Below, piece by piece: positions 55,578-64,000 of a stretch of 64,000 bases of DNA (its first letter is position 1; each line of letters opens with the position of its first letter). The notes under the pieces were generated by a model. That model was not told the DNA's origin. It was given only the letters and a program-made list of their open reading frames with translations, and did not search any database. Source of the stretch: Candidatus Fermentithermobacillaceae bacterium. GTDB lineage: Bacteria > Bacillota > Sulfobacillia > Fermentithermobacillales > DUSS01. The stretch lies in NCBI GenBank assembly GCA_014896535.1, contig JADBKE010000007.1:68571-132570 (forward strand), in the 5' to 3' direction. The translations under genes and the position numbers were made by a program.

Positions 55578-56638
55578 ATGGGCAAAGTTCACATTCCACC
55601 GCCACCGGAAACCCCGCAGAAGATCGTCGTCGAGATGGTTCACGGCCAACGCATCGAGGACCCGTTCCGCTGGCTGGAAGACAGCGACAGTCCCGAGACC
55701 GTAGAATGGACCTCAAAGCAAAACGAGCGCACCGATGCCGTGCTGAGCGGCCTCCCGTGGAAGGCGGGAATCAGGGACGAACTTTACCATCTCCTTTCTC
55801 GCGAAATAGTGGGATCGGTTAAAAGGCGCGGTTCCAAGCTGTTCTTCCTTCGCCGGAGGGCGGGTATGAACCAGCCCATCCTGTGCGTGATGGACGAGAC
55901 GACCCGGGAAGAGAGGATGCTCCTCGACCCCAATAAAGAGAGCGACCGTGGGCTCGTGGCTCTGGACTGGTGGTACCCCTCGCACGACGGCAAGCTCCTT
56001 GCCTACGGCTATTCCCAAAAGGGCGACGAATGGAGCGTGCTCCACGTTCTCGACGTGGCGACGGGGGAGCGTCTCGCCGATCGAATAGAGAGGACGCGGT
56101 ACTCCAGCGTCGCCTGGGACCCGGACGGAAAGGGCTTCTATTACACCCGCTATCCCCGGCCCGGACAGGTTCCCGCAGGCGACGAAAACTACTACAGCCG
56201 CGTCTTCTACCACAAACTGGGCGACGACCCAGCCAACGACCCTCTGATTTTCGGCGAGGGCAGAAGGAAAGAAGACATGTTCTCGGTTGAATACTCGGAC
56301 GACGGCCGCTACCTATTCGTTTCGGCAAGCTCCGGTTGGACCAGGACCGACCTTTATTTCCGCGACGCGTCGGACCCGGAAGCTTCCAGGACGGCGCCGT
56401 TCATCCCGGTGATCGAGGGGGAAGAGGCGCTGTCCTGGGGCATCAGCGTCGGCGACACCCTCTACCTGATGACCAACTTGGGGGCTCCCAGGCAAACTCC
56501 AAACCCTTTCCCCCGGACACGCTCACCCTGCTGCGGGTTGAGTCGGAAGCCGGGCACGGTCAGGGGAAACCCGTGAGCAAGGTGGTGGAAGCGGAGGCGG
56601 AGTCGTGGGCGTTTCTCGAGTGGATGCTCATGAGGTGA
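55578..56638 (+). pseudogene. prolyl oligopeptidase (S9A) with large internal deletion and frameshift
   Basis: N-terminal beta-propeller (IEDPFRWLED...~300 aa) is intact, then a frameshift near 56480; a second frame (56336-56638) encodes only the extreme C-terminus (..ESEAGHGQGKPVSKVVEAEAESWAFLEWMLMR). The ~350-aa catalytic domain is missing. Confidence 0.55.
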
Positions 56639-56662
56639 AACGGGCCGGAAGACTCGGTCGCT

Positions 56663-57586
56663 TTAATCTCTGGCGAAAAGAGCCCTGGCGAAGTCGGCGG
56701 GGTCGAAATCTTTGAGGTCATCCAGTCCTTCTCCCGTACCCACGAGCTTGATGGGAAGGCCGAGCTCGCTGGCGATAGCCACGGCGATGCCGCCTTTGGC
56801 GGACCCATCGAGCTTGGTGAGGACGACCCCCGTCACCCCCACCGCTTCCGTAAAGACCCGGGCTTGAGTGAGTCCGTTCTGTCCGGTCGTGCCGTCGATG
56901 ACGAGAAGGACTTCGTGGGGAGCGCCGGGGATCTCCCTGGCGATGACCCTCACGATCTTTCTCAACTCTTCCATCAAGTTTTTCTTTGTGTGAAGCCTGC
57001 CTGCGGTATCCACGATCAAGAGATCCTTTCGACGGGCAAGAGCTGCGTGAGCTGCGTCAAAGGCCACCGCTGCCGGGTCGGAACCCTCCTGGTGCTTTAC
57101 GATTTCCATCCCCACCCGTCTCGACCAGACTTCGAGCTGCTCAACGGCCGCCGCTCTGAACGTATCGCAGGCGGCAGCTATCGCCGTCTTCCCCTGCAAA
57201 ATCCAGCGGTACGCGATCTTCGCCGCAGTCGTGGTTTTACCCGAACCGTTCACCCCTACGAGGAGGTACACCGTCGGGGGACAATCAGAAACTCGAAGCG
57301 GTTTTGACGTTGTACGCAGGATGGTCGAAACTTTTTCCTCAATCAAAGATACTAGCCTGTCGGGATCCTGGAGCTTCTCCCGTTTGACCCTCTCTCTGAC
57401 TTCCTCCACTATTTCCCCCGCCGCTTTGACCCCTACGTCCACCTGTATCAGAAGGGCCTCGATCTCTTCGAAGGATTCCGGCCCGATCGCCCCGGGCCGC
57501 AATGCTCTGTCTATTCCTTCCCGTAGAAAAGCGGAAGTTTTGCTGAGAGACACTTTAAGTTTCTCGAACAATCCCATATCCTTCAC
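56663..57586 (-). CDS. ftsY: signal recognition particle receptor FtsY
   Basis: NG domain ([23 protein letters not shown]). Confidence 0.9.
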   Translation of the reverse strand: MKDMGLFEKLKVSLSKTSAFLREGIDRALRPGAIGPESFEEIEALLIQVDVGVKAAGEIVEEVRERVKREKLQDPDRLVSLIEEKVSTILRTTSKPLRVSDCPPTVYLLVGVNGSGKTTTAAKIAYRWILQGKTAIAAACDTFRAAAVEQLEVWSRRVGMEIVKHQEGSDPAAVAFDAAHAALARRKDLLIVDTAGRLHTKKNLMEELRKIVRVIAREIPGAPHEVLLVIDGTTGQNGLTQARVFTEAVGVTGVVLTKLDGSAKGGIAVAIASELGLPIKLVGTGEGLDDLKDFDPADFARALFARD

Positions 57587-57673
57587 CTGCTAACCGCGGA
57601 TTTTCGGCGCCGCTGGCTGGATCGATTATGTCCTCACCCCGAACCTTGCGCCTCACACCTTGCAGCTTACGCC

Positions 57674-60600
57674 CTATACAGCTTCCAGTCTTATCCCCAG
57701 GACTTTCGATACTCCCGGTTCGTCCATGGTGACTCCATACACCACGTCCGCCACCTCGATGGTGGGTTTCTGGTGAGTGATGACCAGGAACTGGGTATCC
57801 CTGGAAAGACGTCTCACAAATTCGCCGAACCTGAGTACGTTCGCCTCGTCCAGGGCGGTATCAACCTCGTCCAGGACCACGAAGGGCGAAGGCCTGGTTT
57901 TGATCAGGGAAAATATGAGGGCAAGTCCGGTCAAAGAGCGCTCGCCGCCGGACAGAAGCATAAACGACCTTCCCCGTGAGCCCGGAGGCTGGGCAATGAC
58001 CTCTATCCCCTTCTCATCATCGGTCAGGCGCAGGTCGCCTTTGCCGCCACCGAAGAGCTCCGCGAAAATCTCTCTGAAATTGGACCTCACCTCCTCGAAG
58101 GTCTCCCTGAACCTCCTCTCCATCTCCCGCTCGGCGAGCTCCTTTATCCGCAACAACTCTTCCTTGGTTTTGAGCGCCTGGTCTTTCTCCTTTAGGTACT
58201 CGGAGATGCGCCTGGAGAGTGCATCATACTCTTCCTCGGCCCTCAGGTTCGGCTGGCCAAGGGACCTGATTTCCGCGTCTATTCCCTCGATTATGGAGAG
58301 AGCCTCGTTCCGCGAGTAACGCCGGATGTGTCCGCTGGAATCGGGGTCAATTCCGTATTCCTTCCGGAGGACGACGGAAATCCGTTGCACTTCCTGCGTC
58401 TGGCTGGAGATCTCGGCTCTCATTTCCTCCATCCTGGACGAAGCTTCGGCAGCGTCCCTCTTTATGTGGTAAATCTCGTTCACGAGTTCCCCAAAAGCTC
58501 GCTCCTTTTCTTCAACGGACGAACGCATGGAGACGAGTTTCCCGTTGAGCTCCCGCACCCGGCGGTCGAGCTCGTCTATGGACGTCTGGAGGTCACCATG
58601 TTTTTTCACGAGATCTTCTTTCTCTTCGAGAAGACGGCAGAGTTCAGCTTGCTCTTCGGACAGCGTTCGCCTCACCGAGTTCATTTCGACCTCAATCGAT
58701 TCCAGCCTGCGGTTTAGGGCTGCGACCTCCGCCTCCAGGATTTCCCGCTCGCGGGTGAGTTTTTCCCACACGCTGGCCGTGGCCTCCTGGGCATCCTTCT
58801 CTCTGAGCTCCTCCTCGTACCGGCGAAGTTCCGTCCAGGCGCGGTCCAGCTCATTCTCCAAAACCGCCTCCTCGCTGGCGGATTCCCGGAAAAGGTTCTC
58901 CGCCCGGCTGAGAGCTTCTTTCTTCGCCGCAAGCTCCTCTGTGAGTCGCCGGACCTTTTCCTCTTCGTCCGCCACAACCCTCGATAGCCGGGCGATCTCA
59001 TCGGTCAGGGCAGTCAGCTTAGCCTCGGCTGCCTGGATCTGAGCCTTGTGCGAGTCGCGCTCCTGGAGAGCTTTGGCCCTCATCGCCTCCAGTTCCCCTG
59101 CGCGCCGCGCCCACGCTTCGAGAGCCGCCGCAAGGCGCCTTTCCTCTTCCCTTAAGGAAAGAAGTTCCTGCTTTCTTTCGAAAACCTGGGCGTGCCGGGG
59201 CGCGTCCCCTCCGGAAATGCTTCCGCCCGGCTCGAGGCTTTCGCCGCTGAGCGTCACCACGCGGCACGACCAGCCGGCCTTCCGCATGAATTCCAGCCCT
59301 GTATCCATGTTTTCCGCCAGCACCACGCGACCGACCAGGTACTTCACCGCCTTCTCGATTTCCCGCGGGTACGAGATCACGTCCATGAGGGGCCGCACGC
59401 CCCTCACCTGCACCGAAGCTCTCCTCGCTTCTTCCGGGAGGTCCCTGGGTCTCAAGAGGTCCAGTGGAAGGAAGGTAACCCGCCCGGCCTTTTCTTTTCT
59501 CAAGAGTTCGATAGCTCGGCGAGCAGCCATCTCATCTTCCACCACCACGTTTTCGACGCTGCCACCCAGGGCGGCGGCAAGGGCCGGAATGTACTCCTTA
59601 TCGCAGGATAAAAGTTCTGCAACCGCGCCGACAATGCCCCTGAGGACACCCCGGGCCGCGGCATCCAAAACCGTCCTGGTCCCTTTACCCAGGCCTTCGT
59701 GAACTTTCTCGAGATCGGCGAGAATTCGCACTCTCGCCGAGACGCGGGACAGTTCCGCTCTGGTAGCCCTTTCCTTCTCGGACGCGTTTTTTACCTGTTC
59801 GGTCAGGTCCTCGACGGCTCGCGCACACCTTTCAAACTCCTCCCGCAGGGACCGAAGCTCCCCGGAAATCGCATCGACCTCGTCCTGAAGCTCTTGCTGT
59901 CGCGCTCTGGACATCTGGATGGACCTGGTTGCGCCCGATATCTCGGTTTCAAGGGATAACACCTGGGCTCTGAGACGCTCGACCTCGGCTCTGCGCGCAT
60001 CCCTTTTTTCCTGCGTTTCTCTGATCTTTTCCACCAGTGCCACCGTGTTTTGCCTGAGAGCTACGATTTTATCCCTGAGAGCGCCGGCTTCCCTCTCTCG
60101 AGCCTTCTTTTCCCGTTCTATCTTGTCTATTTGCTCCAGCAGCAAGTCGCGTTTGGGCAAAAGCTGGTCTCTTCTTTGAAGAACCTCCTCTTTTTCCCGG
60201 GCAAGCTTCTGCGCGCTTTCGGCCAGGGCCCTACACCTCGCAGTTCTCCCCTCGATTTCCCTACCGAGAGCTTCAACCATCCCACCGAGGCCGTCCCTTC
60301 GCCGTGTGAGCTCCACCAGGGTTCTGGATATCTTTTCCCGCTCGGCGGAGGTGACCTGCTCAATCTCCTTTGTTGATGAGATCTCCCGTTCCAGGCAAGC
60401 CCTGGATGATTCGAGTTCGCGCACCTTCGCTTCCGCCTCTTTCAGCGACGCCTCGGCGTCGGAAAGCTTCTTGGCCAGGTTTTGAAGTTTCCGTCTTGCG
60501 TGGTCCAGGTCCCACAGCCACGTTCCGGCTTCCAGTTCTCTTCTGGACGCCATGAGCTCCCTGTACCTTCTGGCAATGCGGCAGGCTTCTTCAAGCTCTG

Positions 60601-61186
60601 CCCGCCTGGCCTCCAGTTCAACAAGCAGATCGTCGAGGCGCGTCAGCTCCACATCGATTTGCTCGAGTCTCCTCTCGGTCTCTCGCTTTTCCATCCGGAA
60701 CGCCGCAACCCCGGCCGCTTCTTCGACCCACTGCCGTCTATCTTCCGCGTGACCCCCCGCCAGCTCGTGGATAACCCCCTGCCCGATCACCATGTATCCG
60801 GAGTAAGAAAGTCCCATTGCGCCGGTGGCCTTGATGATGTCACGCCATCGGCAGGGTACGCCATTCATCTCGTATGAAGACTCGCCGTCTCTTGTAAGTC
60901 TCCTCGTGATTTCCAGCTCCGAGCCGTCGGGGGTTTCCATGAGAAGCTTGACTTCCGCCATACCCATGGCCTTCTTGCGCTCGGTCCCGGAGAAGATCAC
61001 GTCCTGAGAAGAATCGCATCTCAACACCTTGGGGTTTTGCTCCCCCAGGACCCAGCGAAGCGCATCTACGAGGTTGGATTTGCCACAGCCGTTGGGTCCC
61101 ACAATGGCGGTAACCCCGGGACTCAGCGACAGGCTGGTCCTGTGATAAAACGATTTAAACCCGTGGAGGGTGAGGCTTTTCAGCAA
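57674..61186 (-). CDS. smc: chromosome segregation protein SMC
   Basis: 1170 aa; Walker [10 protein letters not shown], long coiled coils, hinge, C-terminal LSGGE signature / Walker B. Confidence 0.9.
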   Translation of the reverse strand: MLKSLTLHGFKSFYHRTSLSLSPGVTAIVGPNGCGKSNLVDALRWVLGEQNPKVLRCDSSQDVIFSGTERKKAMGMAEVKLLMETPDGSELEITRRLTRDGESSYEMNGVPCRWRDIIKATGAMGLSYSGYMVIGQGVIHELAGGHAEDRRQWVEEAAGVAAFRMEKRETERRLEQIDVELTRLDDLLVELEARRAELEEACRIARRYRELMASRRELEAGTWLWDLDHARRKLQNLAKKLSDAEASLKEAEAKVRELESSRACLEREISSTKEIEQVTSAEREKISRTLVELTRRRDGLGGMVEALGREIEGRTARCRALAESAQKLAREKEEVLQRRDQLLPKRDLLLEQIDKIEREKKAREREAGALRDKIVALRQNTVALVEKIRETQEKRDARRAEVERLRAQVLSLETEISGATRSIQMSRARQQELQDEVDAISGELRSLREEFERCARAVEDLTEQVKNASEKERATRAELSRVSARVRILADLEKVHEGLGKGTRTVLDAAARGVLRGIVGAVAELLSCDKEYIPALAAALGGSVENVVVEDEMAARRAIELLRKEKAGRVTFLPLDLLRPRDLPEEARRASVQVRGVRPLMDVISYPREIEKAVKYLVGRVVLAENMDTGLEFMRKAGWSCRVVTLSGESLEPGGSISGGDAPRHAQVFERKQELLSLREEERRLAAALEAWARRAGELEAMRAKALQERDSHKAQIQAAEAKLTALTDEIARLSRVVADEEEKVRRLTEELAAKKEALSRAENLFRESASEEAVLENELDRAWTELRRYEEELREKDAQEATASVWEKLTREREILEAEVAALNRRLESIEVEMNSVRRTLSEEQAELCRLLEEKEDLVKKHGDLQTSIDELDRRVRELNGKLVSMRSSVEEKERAFGELVNEIYHIKRDAAEASSRMEEMRAEISSQTQEVQRISVVLRKEYGIDPDSSGHIRRYSRNEALSIIEGIDAEIRSLGQPNLRAEEEYDALSRRISEYLKEKDQALKTKEELLRIKELAEREMERRFRETFEEVRSNFREIFAELFGGGKGDLRLTDDEKGIEVIAQPPGSRGRSFMLLSGGERSLTGLALIFSLIKTRPSPFVVLDEVDTALDEANVLRFGEFVRRLSRDTQFLVITHQKPTIEVADVVYGVTMDEPGVSKVLGIRLEAV

Positions 61187-61376
61187 TCCGGTCTCTCCTC
61201 AAAGCTTAAACATTTACTGATTTAGGATACACGACACATGAACCAATTTGAAGAGTCGCGCGACGTTCGAATACCCCGCCCCGTTGCAGCACCCGGCGCT
61301 TGTACCATAATACCTGTAGTCGATTTACCCACATTATGTAAAGGTTCATTCGCCCGCTTCATCTAAGTCGTACATC

Positions 61377-62012
61377 ATGGACACGAACGCCAGAGACATC
61401 GATGAATACAAGGTCCTGCGAAAGATAGCTGCGCTCGTGATGGAAGATCCCAACATCACCGTGCGGGAGATCGCTCGGAAACTGGGTTATTCTGAGGAAA
61501 AGTCCGTTTATTACTGGCTTGAGAAGGCCAAATTCGCAGGAATCAAGGATTTCAAAAAGACCGTACTCACCGGGGCGCTTTCCCCCGGATTTCTTGCAAG
61601 CGACAGGGAACCGAAGCCGGCGGTCAAGGACGGGACGAGCCCCAGGGATACCCTGACCTTGCTGGACCTACCCGTTCGAGGACGTTTTCCCGTAAGAACG
61701 CCCGTGGACAAACCTTTATCTCACTACATACCGACTGACTTCGGTCCCGGGTCGTACCTGGTCCCCGCCACCGAAGACCTCCCGGCAGGCTCGGTACGGA
61801 AAGGCGACCTTCTCCTGGTCAACCCTTCGTCACCCATCCAGTCTGGGGACCTCGTAATGGCTGTGTCGGAGACGGGGGAACCGCGGGTCCTGCGGAGATA
61901 CGCGACCCCTCAGGGTGGTGAGGTGTTCGTGGACCTGGCGAAGCCGGGCAGCATTGTGTCACCTGCAACGGTAGCCGGCAAGATCGTCCTGCTCATCAGA
62001 ATCTCACCTTAG
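61377..62012 (+). CDS. HTH protein with LexA/S24-peptidase-like C-terminal domain (catalytic Lys replaced by Arg)
   Basis: N-terminal wHTH (ITVREIARKLGYSEEKSVYYWLEKAK); C-terminus parallels LexA (AGSVRKGDLLLV...GDLVMAVSETGEPRVLRRY...GKIVLLIRI), but LexA TVKRL is RVLRR here. Confidence 0.5.
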   Translation: MDTNARDIDEYKVLRKIAALVMEDPNITVREIARKLGYSEEKSVYYWLEKAKFAGIKDFKKTVLTGALSPGFLASDREPKPAVKDGTSPRDTLTLLDLPVRGRFPVRTPVDKPLSHYIPTDFGPGSYLVPATEDLPAGSVRKGDLLLVNPSSPIQSGDLVMAVSETGEPRVLRRYATPQGGEVFVDLAKPGSIVSPATVAGKIVLLIRISP

Positions 62013-62202
62013 GCTTTTCGACCTGGCAGCACTGCTGCCAGCCCGGCACAGCAGGCGCGAGGAACGTCGCGGTACCCTCACCTCAGAGCGCTGACCACGG
62101 CAGCATCGCGGCACGGTGGGCGCAAACTTTCAGACCCTCGGTGCCGCACCGGTGCTGAGTTGACTGGCACGACGCATGACAGCCATTGCCGCTAAGCGAA
62201 GA

Positions 62203-62904
62203 TTACGGCACGTTGCCCGTCCGGTAGCGGGCCAGAGCTTCCTTCGCTGCGTTTTCCTCTGATTCTTTCTTGGAAGATCCCGTTGCCCGCGAGACCTCCT
62301 TGCCGTCGATGAACACGGCGGTTGTGAAGGTCGGCATATGGTCCGGCCCCTCCACGTTGACAACCCTGTACTCCAGTGTGGCACCCGGTCTGGCCTGAAC
62401 CATCTCTTGCAGAGCCGTCTTGGGGTCCTGTAAGGGCTCTCGAGGCTCTCCGCTCAATACCGTCTTCTCCACGAGTTCCCTGGCTTTATCCCAACCATGC
62501 TGAAGGAAGTAGGCCCCTATCACGGCTTCAAATGCGCCCGCGAGGTTTTTCGGTCTCTTCCTTCCGCCGGTCATTTCTTCTCCCCGGCCCAGGAGAAGAA
62601 GATCACCGAGACCGGCCCGGAGAGCAATAGCTGCCAGAGCCTGACCCGAGACCAGGCTCGCCCTCATTCGCGTAAGCTCGCCTTCGGGAGAGCTGGGGTA
62701 TTTCTTCAAGAGGTAATAGGCAACCGCCAGCGATACTACCGCATCTCCTAAAAACTCCAGTCTCTCGTTGGACGGGATCTTGCCTTCGCGTTCGTTGGCG
62801 TAAGATACGTGCGTCAGAGCTTCTGTCCTCAACTGCTCGCTGAGGGACCCCAGAGCTTCCATGAGGACACGGCTCATTTCCGAGGTCATTTTGTCGCCAG
62901 TCAC
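62203..62904 (-). CDS. rnc: ribonuclease III
   Basis: RNase III signature ERLEFLGDAV, dsRBD C-terminus; conserved rnc-smc-ftsY order. Confidence 0.9.
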   Translation of the reverse strand: MTGDKMTSEMSRVLMEALGSLSEQLRTEALTHVSYANEREGKIPSNERLEFLGDAVVSLAVAYYLLKKYPSSPEGELTRMRASLVSGQALAAIALRAGLGDLLLLGRGEEMTGGRKRPKNLAGAFEAVIGAYFLQHGWDKARELVEKTVLSGEPREPLQDPKTALQEMVQARPGATLEYRVVNVEGPDHMPTFTTAVFIDGKEVSRATGSSKKESEENAAKEALARYRTGNVP

Positions 62905-63489
62905 CCGCTTCGGCCTCCAAGCGTCCGGAAATTTATCACACCCGCGTCCAGCGGAACTCTACGGTTTCCAGAGGGACCTCGTCAAGGCCGTACCGGGCCG
63001 TGGTCTGGTAGGCATCGCGGTCGCGATGAACGGCCTACGTCAAAGGCTGGTCACAGTGCGCCGGGGATTTCAGCCTCATCCACACCCACCGTAAGGAACA
63101 ACGGCGGAACCAGGCTATTTGAGGCAGGTACGGCAAGGTCTAGTAGCAGGCCTATAGCAGGCCCTCTGCCCTCTGGCCGGAAGGGACGGGCGGCCCGTTT
63201 GACATCCCGGTCGCAGCCCTTGTAGAATGGACCTGCCGTCTGCTCTTCATCTGGCCACAAGCAGGGGCGCAAAGCGCTTTGCCACCTTTGACCGGGATTT
63301 TGCTAAACAAGCTCGGAAAAGAGCGGGTCACGTCGAAGTGATCCTGCCTTGAGGCTCGTCCAAGACGGCTTCCGCATCGCCACCGGGTACGGTTAGCGAT
63401 GGTATTAAGGTTGACGCGGCCGACGTCAGCCCATACTTCTTTGAGACGGATGCCACCGCCGTGTTCGAGATCAGAAGTTCAAGCGCCTC

Positions 63490-64000
63490 CTACTCATATC
63501 GCGTCAACACGAGGCATGCGTTTTGCCCGCCGAAACCGAACGAGTTCTTCAGCGCCGCCCGCACCAGGGCCTTTCTTGCGCCCTCCACTACGTAATCCAG
63601 ATCGCATTCGGGATCCGGCTCTTCGTAGTTTATCGTCGGCGGGATCACGCCTTCGTAAAGCGCCATTATCGTCGCGATCGTCTCAACCGCTCCCGCAGCC
63701 CCCAAGAGGTGCCCGATCATGGATTTGGTAGACGAGACCGGAATCCGATAAGCCTTCTCCCCGAACACTTTCTTAATGGCTTGGGTCTCGTTGACGTCGT
63801 TGGCTGGCGTGCTCGTTCCGTGGGCGTTGATGTAATCGATATCGCCCGGGACGAGTCCTGCGTCGCGGATGGCCGCCAACATAGCTCGCGCGGCGCCTTC
63901 GCCGTTGGGTGATGGTGCTGTGATGTGGTAGGCGTCAGCGGACATTCCATATCCCGATACCAGGGCGTAAATCCTGGCACCTCGCGACAGGGCATGGTCC
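63490..64000 (-). CDS. fabF: beta-ketoacyl-ACP synthase II, C-terminal part (gene continues past the window end)
   Basis: ..[49 protein letters not shown]; frame still open at 64000. Confidence 0.85.
   Translation of the reverse strand, partial: DHALSRGARIYALVSGYGMSADAYHITAPSPNGEGAARAMLAAIRDAGLVPGDIDYINAHGTSTPANDVNETQAIKKVFGEKAYRIPVSSTKSMIGHLLGAAGAVETIATIMALYEGVIPPTINYEEPDPECDLDYVVEGARKALVRAALKNSFGFGGQNACLVLTRYE

Noticed and set aside
62905-63489. 585-bp fabF-rnc spacer examined for acpP or a small RNA
   Set aside because: No ACP-like frame (no DSLD motif) in any frame. The 73-aa and 110-aa ORFs look spurious, so it is left as intergenic.
1-64000. CRISPR arrays, rRNA and tRNA genes
   Set aside because: No regularly spaced direct repeats and no tRNA T-arm/anticodon-arm structures other than the rejected 6236 motif. 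No rRNA-like conserved stretches.

Overview
This is a high-GC (~60%) Firmicutes/Clostridia-type chromosomal segment; a SCIFF ranthipeptide pair is present, which is a Clostridia marker. Most of the window is a housekeeping backbone in Bacillus/Clostridium-like gene order. In the first part, all on the minus strand, the backbone reads: polA-coaE; two ECF sigma/anti-sigma pairs; aspS-hisS-MBL-dtd-relA-apt-recJ-lapA-like; SCIFF rSAM maturase plus SCIFF peptide; and a GntR-controlled TAXI-TRAP/amidohydrolase/HMGL-like/HAD locus. The second part reads ylqF(rbgA)-lepB-rplS-trmD-rimM-KH-rpsP-ffh-ylxM, then ftsY-smc-rnc-fabF. Between about 31.7 and 47.7 kb lies an accessory, visibly decaying region. 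It holds an orphan beta-class DNA methyltransferase, a SAM-MTase fragment and a 3-gene cassette (GlmL/MutL-like ASKHA ATPase plus two unknowns). It also holds a glgP C-terminal remnant, a truncated MNT nucleotidyltransferase, and two diverged copies of a PepSY/response-regulator junction that bracket the cassette below. The most interesting locus is that cassette, at 39.5-45.2 kb. It has an HTH-XRE/TPR (RNPP-like) regulator with an SD-preceded 85-aa secreted Cys-containing ORF upstream. It has a second SCIFF-maturase-like rSAM/SPASM gene whose third CX3CX2C cysteine codon is an in-frame TGA, so the six-frame track splits it into a Cys-rich 'peptide' ORF and a motif-less SPASM ORF. It also has a fused ABC exporter, and no separate precursor peptide is evident. 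Several further pseudogenes (coaE, thioredoxin, prolyl oligopeptidase, response regulator) point either to ongoing gene decay or to assembly-quality problems. No tRNA, rRNA or CRISPR array was found. The GlmL/MutL-like, MNT and SLH/FlgD-like family assignments are from memory only.
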